From Anaeroplasmataceae bacterium (GTDB lineage: Bacteria; Bacillota_I; Bacilli_A; Acholeplasmatales; JAEDCM01), in NCBI GenBank assembly GCA_016294165.1, contig JAEDCM010000005.1, positions 68-64,067 of the forward strand: a stretch of DNA of 64,000 nucleotides. The letters are read 5' to 3'. The notes beneath the pieces were generated by a model that was given only the letters and a program-made list of their open reading frames with translations, was not told the origin of the DNA and searched no databases. How positions within the stretch are numbered: the stretch's first letter is position 1; each line of letters begins with the position of its first letter. Position numbers and translations under genes: made by a program. Shown here in pieces: positions 29,178-37,705 of this stretch.

Positions 29178-29768
29178 TTATTGCCAGTAATTTTTGTTAA
29201 ATGCATCGCATATACAATAATAAATGGGAATAGTAATAAATATTAACCATAATGGATGCCAAATACCATACTCAATTGAGAAAAATAAATAAAGCGCTAA
29301 AACAAAAATTGGGTAGGCAAATAATGATCCATTTTTCTTAGTTATCGCATCGATAAGAGTAATTAAAATGGGAATTAATAAAAATATAATCCATCCTGGG
29401 TGCCAGTAATCAAATACAATTCCTAAAAATAAATAAATTGTGACAATGCTTAAAACAATAGGACCAGCTAAACGATCTGATAATTTTACCGAAAATCCTG
29501 TTTTTTTATCCATTTGATCAATATTATCTTCATTAATTTGATTTTCTTTAATATCTTCTATACTTTCTTCAGTAAATAATAAAGAGTCTAATGAAACATT
29601 ATACAATTTAGCTAAACAAATTAAATTATCAGTATCCGGAGATGATTCAGCACGTTCCCACTTCGATACCGCTTGCCTTGATATTCCTAATTTATTTGCA
29701 AGTTCTTCTTGGGAATAGCCATTCTTTTTTCTTAATTCTTGTAGGCGATTTGCAATTTCTATATTCAT
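29178..29768 (-). CDS. XRE-family HTH regulator fused to a C-terminal 4-TM membrane domain (paralogue of 21803..22375)
   Basis: YSQEELANKLGISRQAVSKWERAESSPD followed by four hydrophobic segments. ATG 29768 follows AAGGAGTGG. Confidence 0.8.
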   Translation of the reverse strand: MNIEIANRLQELRKKNGYSQEELANKLGISRQAVSKWERAESSPDTDNLICLAKLYNVSLDSLLFTEESIEDIKENQINEDNIDQMDKKTGFSVKLSDRLAGPIVLSIVTIYLFLGIVFDYWHPGWIIFLLIPILITLIDAITKKNGSLFAYPIFVLALYLFFSIEYGIWHPLWLIFITIPIYYCICDAFNKNYWQ

Positions 29769-29837
29769 AAATTTCCACTCCTTTTTTTTCAAGATTATTT
29801 TATTAAAAAAAGATTTTTTCATCTACCAACTTTAGTT

Positions 29838-30713
29838 TTAATTTAAGCAACTATTGGTTGCGGAAATATTTTTTATAATATATTCAATTAATTTTTCCTC
29901 TTCATCACTTAATGTATTATTTGATTTATAAATTAAAGAAATTGGCCTTGTTATGCTAATATCTTTTAATTTAATTATCTTCAAATCCAAACTATCATTA
30001 TAAATAATTGCTGGTATGGCCGCTATTCCATATCCATTTTTAGCAAATTCAATTAAAGAAGTATTAGAAATCGATTCAATATAAGGATTGATCTTAATAT
30101 TGTATAAACCCAAAGTATTTTCAAAAGCGTTTCTCACACCAGTATTCTTATTTCTTAAAAGCATTGGATATCTAATTAAATCATCTATTTTTATTTCATC
30201 AGGAACGTTATAAGTTTTACTTGCTACTAAGATTATTTCATCACTAATAAGGCTAATTACATTTAATCTTGGGTCAATATTTGGCGTTTCTACAATCCCA
30301 AAATCAACATCAAGGGATAATACCTTATCTATTATATCATCAGATGTTGAAACATTAAACATGATATAGTTCTTATTCTCATAATCATTAAACAAATTAG
30401 GAACTATTTTTTCACCCACAGAAATCGATACACCTATTTTTACATTCTTATTCTTTGATCCTTTAATCGCAACCTCTTCAAAATCATTATAACTATTTAA
30501 TGTGCTATTAGCATATTGTAATAAGGTTTTACCATCATCAGTTATCCTAATTCTTTGTTTTTCCCTTTTAAAAAGCTTAATATTATATTTTTCTTCTAAC
30601 TCTCTTATTGCTAAACTTACCGCTGGTTGAGTCATATATAATTCTTTTGATGCTCGCGTAATATTCTCATGCTTCGCAACACAAACAAAGATCTTCAAAT
30701 GCTTTAGTGTCAT
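29838..30713 (-). CDS. LysR-family transcriptional regulator
   Basis: N-terminal HTH (LKIFVCVAKHENITRASKELYMTQPAVSLAIRELE) plus a substrate-binding domain. It is divergent from the chrA pair. Confidence 0.9.
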   Translation of the reverse strand: MTLKHLKIFVCVAKHENITRASKELYMTQPAVSLAIRELEEKYNIKLFKREKQRIRITDDGKTLLQYANSTLNSYNDFEEVAIKGSKNKNVKIGVSISVGEKIVPNLFNDYENKNYIMFNVSTSDDIIDKVLSLDVDFGIVETPNIDPRLNVISLISDEIILVASKTYNVPDEIKIDDLIRYPMLLRNKNTGVRNAFENTLGLYNIKINPYIESISNTSLIEFAKNGYGIAAIPAIIYNDSLDLKIIKLKDISITRPISLIYKSNNTLSDEEEKLIEYIIKNISATNSCLN

Positions 30714-30724
30714 TAAATCACCTC

Positions 30725-30740
30725 ATATTAAATTTAATAT
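30725..30740. promoter_or_regulatory. Perfect 16-bp AT palindrome in the lysR/chrA divergent region (candidate LysR-type site)
   Basis: ATATTAAATTTAATAT lies 12 nt upstream of the lysR start codon. It is very AT-rich, so the chance of random occurrence is not negligible. Confidence 0.3.
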
Positions 30741-30810
30741 AAACTTAATTAAATTATATTATTTTTAATATTATTTATCAAGATATATAATAGCAATTGA
30801 GGTGAAAGAT

Positions 30811-31365
30811 ATGTTTAAACTATTCTTTATTTTCTTTAAACTTGGATTGTTTACCTTTGGGGGAGGATACGCTATGATTCCCTTAATAAAGGAGACAATA
30901 GTAAACAAAAACAAATGGATGACTGAGGATGAAATGCTTGAGGTAATCGCAATAGCTGAATCTACTCCAGGACCAATCGCCATTAATATGGCAACCTATA
31001 TTGGATACAAACAAAAAAAGCTTTTAGGAGGCCTTATTTCAACCTTAGGAGTAATTCTTCCATCAATAATTATTATCTTTTCGATTTCTTTATTCTTAGA
31101 TGAATTTATGCAAAATCAGTATATTCAATATGCCTTTACAGGAATCAAATGTGCTGTTTCATTTTTAATATTAAAAGCCGGTTTTAGTATGTTTATAAAA
31201 GCCAAAAGGGATTTGTTTTTTAATATCATTTTTATTTTGATATTATCTACTATAATCATTTTAGAAATAAATAGCAAATCCTTCTCCTCTATCTATTTAA
31301 TATTAATTGGGGGAATAATTGGAATAATATTTAACAATATAAAAAAAGCAAAGGAGAATAATTGA
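30811..31365 (+). CDS. Short-chain chromate-ion-transporter (CHR) family protein, first half of a pair
   Basis: MFKLFFIFFKLGLFTFGGGYAMIPLI and ESTPGPIAINMATYIGY. ATG 30811 lies 6 nt after GAGGTG. It parallels the start of the second gene. Confidence 0.85.
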   Translation: MFKLFFIFFKLGLFTFGGGYAMIPLIKETIVNKNKWMTEDEMLEVIAIAESTPGPIAINMATYIGYKQKKLLGGLISTLGVILPSIIIIFSISLFLDEFMQNQYIQYAFTGIKCAVSFLILKAGFSMFIKAKRDLFFNIIFILILSTIIILEINSKSFSSIYLILIGGIIGIIFNNIKKAKENN

Positions 31366-31366
31366 T

Positions 31367-31933
31367 ATGATTTATTTTAAGTTATTCTTTGAATTCTTTA
31401 AAATTGGCTTATTTACCTTTGGTGGTGGGTATGCTATGATTCCCCTAGTCAAAGATGTTGTATTAAAATATGGATGGCTAAATGAAGACATGTTTTATGA
31501 TTTTATTGGTGTGTGTGAATCAACCCCTGGGCCCATCGCAGTAAATATGGCAACCTATATTGGATCCGTTCAAGGAGGTCTATTTGGAAGCATTATTGCT
31601 ACATTAGGTGTTGTATTACCTTCATTTATAATAATTATTTTAATCGTAACTATTATGAAAAAGCTAATTCAAAATAAACATTTCACCTACTTTATGAAAG
31701 GAATTAAGCCGGTAATTATTGCCCTAATTCTTTCAACAGGTATTTTACTATTTTTAAAATGTATCAATCATAACAGCTTAAATAACATCAATTTTGATAT
31801 TGATAGCATAATTATATTTCTTTTTATATCATTATCATATTTTTTATCTCAAAAACTATTCAATAAAAAAATGAACTCAATATTACTAATTGCAATAAGT
31901 GGAATATTAGGAATAATTGTATGTATTATATGA
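31367..31933 (+). CDS. Short-chain CHR family protein, second half of a pair
   Basis: FKLFFEFFKIGLFTFGGGYAMIPLV and ESTPGPIAVNMATYIGS. The start is 1 nt after the stop of the first gene. Confidence 0.85.
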   Translation: MIYFKLFFEFFKIGLFTFGGGYAMIPLVKDVVLKYGWLNEDMFYDFIGVCESTPGPIAVNMATYIGSVQGGLFGSIIATLGVVLPSFIIIILIVTIMKKLIQNKHFTYFMKGIKPVIIALILSTGILLFLKCINHNSLNNINFDIDSIIIFLFISLSYFLSQKLFNKKMNSILLIAISGILGIIVCII

Positions 31934-31962
31934 AAAAAGTGGATGAATATCCACTTTTATTG
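31932..31962. terminator. Bidirectional terminator between chrA and uvrC
   Basis: AAAAGTGGAT-GAAT-ATCCACTTTT, flanked by an A-run on one side and a T-run on the other. Confidence 0.6.
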
Positions 31963-33711
31963 TTTTAATTTATTCATTACCTCTTCATAAATACTTTCTA
32001 AACCTAGCTTTTTAAAATCCTCGAGGCTAGCATTTGAAATATTAACTATCGTCTTAAACTCCTTTAGTAGTTTTTCCTTTCTCTTAGGCCCTAATCCTCT
32101 AATATTATCTAATTTCGATGCCATCATACCCTTACTACGAACACTCTTGTGGAAGGTAATCGCAAAACGGTGAACCTCTTCTTGAATATTAAATAATAAT
32201 TGATATAGATTTCTTCTACTCTTAATTTCATACTCTTGATTATTATAAATAATTGCCTCTGTTTTATGATTATTATCCTTCCTTAAACCAATAACATTAA
32301 TGCTTAAATTCAAAGAATTAATAATTTCTAAAACGGCATTTAAATGTCCTAATCCGCCATCCATAATGATTAAATCTGGCATTTGTCCATCTTCCATTAA
32401 AAGTCGAAAATATCTACGATATATTATTTCCTTTGTTGTGGCATAATCATCCATACCAGAAACAGTCTTAACCTTATATTTACGATAATCCTTTGGTGAC
32501 TTCTCTCCATCGATATAACAAACCATCGCACTTACTGGATTAGTCCCCATAATATTTGAATTATCAAAGGCTTCAATTCTTCGCGGATACTTAATTCCTA
32601 ATAGGTCCTTTAATTCATTTAAAGCATCAACCTTAACACTCTTTTTATTCATCAATAATTCACGAGAATTATCTAAAGCCTCCTTAGCATTATTAACGGC
32701 CATTAAGACTAAATTTTTCTTCTCGCCAATTTTTGGGGTCACAATATTTACCTTTAAAAACTCTTCCATAATAGAATCATCCTCATCATAAGGAATTAAA
32801 ATTTCCTTGGGCTTTGGATTAACCTCATAAAAATTTATTAAATACTCATTAAACGTTTCTAATGGCGTTGAAATAATATTTAATATGATTCGGTGGTTTC
32901 CAACGATTTTTCCACCACGCATAAATAAAACATAGATGCTTAAATCTAAATCATCACAGCTATATCCAAAAATATCACGATCAACATTATCATTTAAAAT
33001 GATTTTTTGTTTTTCAACCGTTGTATTAATACTATTAATTAAATCTAGGCATTCCTTAGCTTCCTCAAATCTTAGACTTTCACTATATTCATTCATCTTA
33101 ACCTTTAAAGCGTTTAAGGCCTCAGAAGTATCGCCCTTTAGAAATCTTGTAATTTTTTTAAGATAATCGCTATATTCCTCGGTTTTCACATCATTAATAC
33201 AAGGAGCTAAGCATTGATTTAAATGATAATATAAACACTCTTTTTTGGGGATATTATTACATTTACGAAGTGGATATAACTTATTTAATAAATCAATTGT
33301 ATTACGTGCATCCTTAACATTAGGGTAAGGGCCAAACATATTACCCTTGATTTTATTATTACGCACAACTAATAATCGCGGATGTTTGTCATGCGTCAAC
33401 AAAATATACGGATAGCTCTTATCATCCGTTAATTTTATATTATATTTTGGATCATACTTTTTAATTAAATTAATTTCTAAAACTAAAGACTCTAATTCAT
33501 TAGAGGTAATAATATATTCAAAATCATCAATCTCACTAACAAGCAAGGTCGTCTTAGCATTATGACTGCCTGTAAAATAGCTTTTAACACGATTCTTTAA
33601 AATCTTAGCTTTACCAACATAAATAATTACTCCATCACTATTTTTCATCAAATAGCATCCTGGCTTTTCAGGAAGCAATTTTAATTTTTCTTTAATGTTA
33701 TTTTCTTTCAT
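31957..33711 (-). CDS. uvrC: Excinuclease ABC subunit C
   Basis: GIY-YIG motifs (GCYLMKN, IIYVGKAKILKNRVKSYF), a UvrBC-interaction region, an endonuclease V-like domain and a C-terminal HhH. ATG 33711 (MKENNIKEKLKLLPEKPGCY) fits the family N terminus better than 33762. Confidence 0.93.
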   Translation of the reverse strand: MKENNIKEKLKLLPEKPGCYLMKNSDGVIIYVGKAKILKNRVKSYFTGSHNAKTTLLVSEIDDFEYIITSNELESLVLEINLIKKYDPKYNIKLTDDKSYPYILLTHDKHPRLLVVRNNKIKGNMFGPYPNVKDARNTIDLLNKLYPLRKCNNIPKKECLYYHLNQCLAPCINDVKTEEYSDYLKKITRFLKGDTSEALNALKVKMNEYSESLRFEEAKECLDLINSINTTVEKQKIILNDNVDRDIFGYSCDDLDLSIYVLFMRGGKIVGNHRIILNIISTPLETFNEYLINFYEVNPKPKEILIPYDEDDSIMEEFLKVNIVTPKIGEKKNLVLMAVNNAKEALDNSRELLMNKKSVKVDALNELKDLLGIKYPRRIEAFDNSNIMGTNPVSAMVCYIDGEKSPKDYRKYKVKTVSGMDDYATTKEIIYRRYFRLLMEDGQMPDLIIMDGGLGHLNAVLEIINSLNLSINVIGLRKDNNHKTEAIIYNNQEYEIKSRRNLYQLLFNIQEEVHRFAITFHKSVRSKGMMASKLDNIRGLGPKRKEKLLKEFKTIVNISNASLEDFKKLGLESIYEEVMNKLKQ

Positions 33712-34693
33712 AAGAAATATATCCTTTATTATTGATAACCTCACATTTTGCGAAGCTTCCATTTAAAATAGGGATGGTTGGGGCTAAATGTCCAATATCA
33801 AAATTATAAATAATCCCAACGTTCAAATCCTCTAAAGCCATTTTTATAGCAGTCAAATAATCGATATCAAACATTTTATCGGTAAAAAAACTACGTCCGA
33901 AAATAAAACCACTAGCTGTATCAAACCAACCTTGTTTTCTAAGCAAAAAAAGTTCACGATATATCGCAACTGGATTTAACTCACACGCCTCAAAATACCA
34001 TAGTATTTTTTTATCCTTAGTATAATTTTTAACATTATCAAATTTCGTTCCCCTGATTAATGCTAAAACATCAAGACAGCCACCTAATAAAGTACCTGTT
34101 GCAAAGTTATTATTGATATACCCAACAACAACCTCCTCAGTCTTATTAAAACCAGCTAAATAATCATCCTTTTTCAAATCATTAACCTCATATTTATCAT
34201 AGCTATTAAAGCTATATTTCAACCCTTTTATTAAATCTAATTGATCAATTAATGACTCATCAAGCACACGCATTCCAAAAGGAGGAAAGCATTGGCCATA
34301 GATTGTTGAAACATCATTTAATGTTGTAAGCAGGAAGGTTAAGCATGTATTATCAGAATAACCAATAAAGTATTTATGCACATCCTTTAGTTTTTCAAAA
34401 TCAAGATGATAGAGCATATCAATCATAATTTCTCCACCAGCCACACTAAAGACAACATCAACATCTGGATTCAAATAAATGTCCATAAATTCTTTTGCGC
34501 GTGTTTTGGCATCATTAGATGCCGCACGATATAAATTATAGACACTTGGTGCTTCAATAATTTTATATCCTAAATCAAGGAATCTTTTTTTTGCGGCATT
34601 ATACCTTGATAAGTATGGTTCAATTTTAATACCAAATGATGGTGCAACTAACCCAATTGTTCCACCTTCCTTTAAAGGCTTTGGATAAAACAT
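33698..34693 (-). CDS. LD-carboxypeptidase (peptidase S66 family)
   Basis: 331 aa with GTIGLVAPS, the nucleophile motif GYSDNT and a C-terminal FDIGHLAP. Confidence 0.85.
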   Translation of the reverse strand: MFYPKPLKEGGTIGLVAPSFGIKIEPYLSRYNAAKKRFLDLGYKIIEAPSVYNLYRAASNDAKTRAKEFMDIYLNPDVDVVFSVAGGEIMIDMLYHLDFEKLKDVHKYFIGYSDNTCLTFLLTTLNDVSTIYGQCFPPFGMRVLDESLIDQLDLIKGLKYSFNSYDKYEVNDLKKDDYLAGFNKTEEVVVGYINNNFATGTLLGGCLDVLALIRGTKFDNVKNYTKDKKILWYFEACELNPVAIYRELFLLRKQGWFDTASGFIFGRSFFTDKMFDIDYLTAIKMALEDLNVGIIYNFDIGHLAPTIPILNGSFAKCEVINNKGYISYERK

Positions 34694-34710
34694 AAATCTT
34701 CACCTCCACT

Positions 34711-34735
34711 TAAAAAAGGATTTTAAAAATCCTTA
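34711..34735 (-). terminator. Weak AT-rich terminator after ffh
   Basis: Minus strand reads AAGGAT-loop-ATCCTT followed by TTTTTT. The hairpin overlaps the ffh stop. Confidence 0.4.
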
Positions 34736-36136
34736 TTTAATTCTAAAATTACCTTTTCCTTTTCCTTTACCCTTTGATTGAGTAGGAGCGTAATTTTGCA
34801 TATTTCTTGTCATATTTTGCATCTCATATTCACTCATGGTGCTCATCTTTTTCATCATTTGCGCTTGTTGTTCTAAGGATTGACGAAGTCTATTTACCTC
34901 GGCAACGCTACGCCCACTACCCTTAGCAATTCTCTCACGGCGCTTAGATGACTTATTAATTAAATCCGGATTCCTACGTTCCTCTTCCGTCATTGATCCA
35001 ATAATTACCTCAATGTATTGAAGCTGCTTATCATCAATATTCTTAGCCGCTTCACGCATCTTTCCTAAACCAGGAATCATACCAAGAATCTTACCGATTG
35101 AACCCATTCTTTTAATCATCTTAAATTGCTTTAATAAATCATTATAGTTAAAGGTGTTATTAATCATTTTTTCCATCATGTTCATTGCTTCATCTTCATC
35201 AATAGCTTCTGTTGCCTTTTCAATTAATGAAACAACATCACCCATTCCAAGGATACGACCAGCCATACGATCTGGATGAAATACCTCTAAGGCATCAAGC
35301 TTTTCACCAGTACCCATAAACTTAATTGGAAGTTCAGTTATCCTTCTGATTGATAACGCCGCTCCACCACGAGTATCACCATCTAATTTTGTCAAGATAA
35401 CACCTGTTGCCCCAATTTTATCATTAAATGTTTTTGCGACATTTACTGCATCCTGTCCAGTCATCGCATCGACAACTAATAAAACCTCATCTGGTTTTGA
35501 AACACGCTTAACCTCAACTAATTCATCCATCATTGTCTCATCAATATGTAAACGACCAGCAGTATCAATAATAACAACATCATAGCCATTAGCCTTGGCA
35601 TAATCTAATCCATCACTAACAATGTCCCATGCTTTTTTCGCTGTTCCTTCTTGAAAAACCTCAATATTTAAAGATTTTCCTATGGTAACTAATTGATCAA
35701 TAGCCGCAGGACGATAGATATCGGCCGCAATTAGCATTGGCTTTTTCTTTTCATTTTTTCTTAAATATAAAGCTAACTTACCAATAGCGGTAGTCTTACC
35801 AGCACCTTGTAAACCGATTGTCATAATGACACTCATTCCATTTACCTTAAGAGCTAATCCACTAGCCTCATCACCCATTACACGCTTTAATTCGTCGTGA
35901 ACAACCTTAACAACCTGTTGTCCTGGATTTAATCCTGAAAGAATCTTCTCTCCTAAGGCTTGTTCCTTAACTGATTGCGTAAATTCCTTAACTACCTTAT
36001 AGTTAACATCGGCTTCAAGTAATGAAAGACGAACCTCACGCATCATTTCATCAATATCTTTTTCATTTAATTTTCCGCGACCAGTTACTCTTCTAAGAGC
36101 CATTTGTAAACGATCACTTAAATTCTCAAATGCCAT
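34733..36136 (-). CDS. ffh: Signal recognition particle protein Ffh
   Basis: NG domain (GLQGAGKTT, DTAGR, TKLDG), a Met-rich M domain and a basic GK-repeat tail. Confidence 0.95.
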   Translation of the reverse strand: MAFENLSDRLQMALRRVTGRGKLNEKDIDEMMREVRLSLLEADVNYKVVKEFTQSVKEQALGEKILSGLNPGQQVVKVVHDELKRVMGDEASGLALKVNGMSVIMTIGLQGAGKTTAIGKLALYLRKNEKKKPMLIAADIYRPAAIDQLVTIGKSLNIEVFQEGTAKKAWDIVSDGLDYAKANGYDVVIIDTAGRLHIDETMMDELVEVKRVSKPDEVLLVVDAMTGQDAVNVAKTFNDKIGATGVILTKLDGDTRGGAALSIRRITELPIKFMGTGEKLDALEVFHPDRMAGRILGMGDVVSLIEKATEAIDEDEAMNMMEKMINNTFNYNDLLKQFKMIKRMGSIGKILGMIPGLGKMREAAKNIDDKQLQYIEVIIGSMTEEERRNPDLINKSSKRRERIAKGSGRSVAEVNRLRQSLEQQAQMMKKMSTMSEYEMQNMTRNMQNYAPTQSKGKGKGKGNFRIK

Positions 36137-36148
36137 ATAATCACCCTT

Positions 36149-36460
36149 TTAATCGATCTTTTTTAATTCTTCTAATAATCTTAAAGAAAAACTTTCTTCC
36201 ATTTTATCATATATTTCATTGCGTTTCTTTTTATTCTCTAATAAATGTAGTTTACTCTCATAATCCTCTAATATTTTTTCTACCTTCTTCAAGGTATCAA
36301 AAATTGCATTTCTTGATAGCTCAAACGTTAAAGCAATCTCTTGCAATGAATAATCTAAAAAATAATACATTTTGAAATATTCGGCTTGTTTTTCAGTCAA
36401 TAATGCCTCATAACAATCAAATAGCTCATTTAATCTTTCATGTTTTAATAAACTATCCAT
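36149..36460 (-). CDS. ylxM: YlxM (UPF0122) putative HTH protein of the ftsY-ylxM-ffh operon
   Basis: 103 aa with LLTEKQAEYFKMYYFLDYSLQEIA, a sigma-70 region-4-like HTH. It occupies the conserved position between ftsY and ffh. Confidence 0.85.
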   Translation of the reverse strand: MDSLLKHERLNELFDCYEALLTEKQAEYFKMYYFLDYSLQEIALTFELSRNAIFDTLKKVEKILEDYESKLHLLENKKKRNEIYDKMEESFSLRLLEELKKID

Positions 36461-36462
36461 AA

Positions 36463-37431
36463 CTATTCCTCATCAAAGAAATCAGCGAATAATCCGTAGA
36501 TGTATTGTTCAATATCAAATACCTCGATATCGTCAACCTTTTCACCTAAGCAAACGAATTTAATTGGAATTCCTAACTCATTTCTAATAGCTAAAACAAT
36601 TCCACCCTTAGCAGTACCATCAAGCTTTGATAAAACAATTCCACTAACATCAGTAGTCTCCATAAAAATCTTCGCCTGGCTCATTCCATTTTGACCAGTT
36701 GTCGCATCAATAACCAATAAGGTTTCATGTGGAGCATTAGGCACCTCACGAGAAATAACTCGCTTAATCTTCTCTAATTCCTTCATCAAATTTACTTTAT
36801 TTTGTAATCGACCTGCAGTATCACAAATTAGAACATCATATTTTTCCTTTTTTGCCTTTTGAATAGCATCAAAAATAACGCTTGAAGGATCGCTTCCAGC
36901 CTCTTTGGTAACGACATCACATTTAATTCTTTCGCCCCAAACACATAATTGCTCAATAGCTCCAGCCCTAAAGGTATCACCAGCAGCTAATAAAACCTTT
37001 TTTCCTTCTTTTTTTAGTTTATTTGCAAGCTTTGCAATAGTTGTTGTCTTTCCAACTCCATTAACGCCTACAAATAAGTAAACGTTTAACCCCTCAACCT
37101 CATTAAGGTTAGCATCTACTACCTCACCCTTTAAATATATTTCAAACATCTTATCAACAATAATTTGTTGTAACAAGCTTGGATCAGTAATACCTTGAAT
37201 CTTAACCTCATCCTTTATATCGTCCATAAAGCTGACAACAGTATCAACACCAATATCAGCCATAATAAACATTTCCTCTAAATCATCAAATAATTCATCA
37301 TCAATTATTGATTTTGATGATAATAATTTCTTTAAATTTCCTAAAACCCCAGTTCTAGTTTTATTCATTCCAATTTTATATTTGTTTGATTCCTTCTTTT
37401 TAGAACCAAATAATTTCGAAAACAATCCCAT
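36463..37431 (-). CDS. ftsY: Signal recognition particle receptor FtsY (short N terminus)
   Basis: NG domain motifs GVNGVGKTT, DTAGR and SKLDG. 322 aa. Confidence 0.95.
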   Translation of the reverse strand: MGLFSKLFGSKKKESNKYKIGMNKTRTGVLGNLKKLLSSKSIIDDELFDDLEEMFIMADIGVDTVVSFMDDIKDEVKIQGITDPSLLQQIIVDKMFEIYLKGEVVDANLNEVEGLNVYLFVGVNGVGKTTTIAKLANKLKKEGKKVLLAAGDTFRAGAIEQLCVWGERIKCDVVTKEAGSDPSSVIFDAIQKAKKEKYDVLICDTAGRLQNKVNLMKELEKIKRVISREVPNAPHETLLVIDATTGQNGMSQAKIFMETTDVSGIVLSKLDGTAKGGIVLAIRNELGIPIKFVCLGEKVDDIEVFDIEQYIYGLFADFFDEE

Positions 37432-37453
37432 CTTATCAATCCTTCCAGATTTA

Positions 37454-37483
37454 ATTATAACATTTAATTTAATATTTTCCTAA
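37454..37483 (-). promoter_or_regulatory. Candidate promoter of ftsY-ylxM-ffh
   Basis: Minus strand reads TTAGGA-18 nt-TATAAT with an extended -10 (TGT). It lies between the sRNA terminator and the ftsY Shine-Dalgarno GGAAGGA. Confidence 0.45.
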
Positions 37484-37500
37484 TAAAATTTTATCATATT

Positions 37501-37635
37501 AAAAAAAATATCCCTTAAAAAGGGATTAAGCCAAGCTTGGGGGGCTTGGCTCATTTAAAGGGGATTTGTGAATAATGAATTCACTGGTATGCTCTCGCAT
37601 ACACAATAGGGGATAAGTAGTACTTTCTCAAGTAC
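37501..37635 (-). ncRNA. Candidate small RNA of about 135 nt with three unpaired CCCC motifs (RsaE/RoxS-like architecture)
   Basis: The unit has its own promoter (37642..37670) and a strong terminator (ATCCCTT-TTTA-AGGGAT plus T8). Two hairpins are capped by GAGA (GNRA) tetraloops on the minus strand. CCCC runs occur in single-stranded contexts (UUAUCCCCUAUU, AAAUCCCCUUUAAA, and a hairpin loop of CCCCC flanked by GCCAAGC/GCUUGGC). There is no ORF. Confidence 0.45.
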
Positions 37636-37641
37636 AACTAG

Positions 37642-37670
37642 ATATTAACATATAATTATTTCTTTGTGAA
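37642..37670 (-). promoter_or_regulatory. Candidate promoter of the C-rich sRNA
   Basis: Minus strand reads TTCACA-17 nt-TAATAT with TGT immediately upstream of the -10 (extended -10). Confidence 0.45.
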
Positions 37671-37705
37671 CTATACTGCGACAATTTTTGCGTTTTTTTT
37701 ACAAA

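Noticed and set aside
30771-30983. 70-aa minus-strand ORF in the lysR/chrA region.
   Set aside because: It overlaps the well-supported first CHR gene on the opposite strand. It has no Shine-Dalgarno, and its hydrophobic translation mirrors the chrA sequence.
30811-31365. Suspected an alternative genetic code (TGA read as Trp, as in Mollicutes) because of the very low GC content.
   Set aside because: TGA terminates conserved genes at the expected length, for example the first CHR gene, rdgB and the 1007-aa gene. Trp positions are encoded by TGG. All conserved proteins are intact under the standard code.
34733-34780. The GK-repeat tail of Ffh (SKGKGKGKGNFRIK), considered as a possible frameshift or repeat artefact.
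   Set aside because: The frame is continuous with the M domain and ends at a terminator. Basic C-terminal tails occur in Ffh proteins, so this is not considered anomalous.
37501-37635. Considered whether the structured RNA next to ftsY/ffh is the SRP (4.5S/scRNA) RNA, a 6S RNA or a riboswitch leader of ftsY.
   Set aside because: I could not find the SRP domain IV signature (a GGAA-type tetraloop closing conserved symmetric and asymmetric loops with AGCA and GA motifs). The RNA is too short for 6S. A strong terminator followed by a separate ftsY promoter argues against a cis-acting leader. The possibility that it is a topA 3' UTR product remains open.
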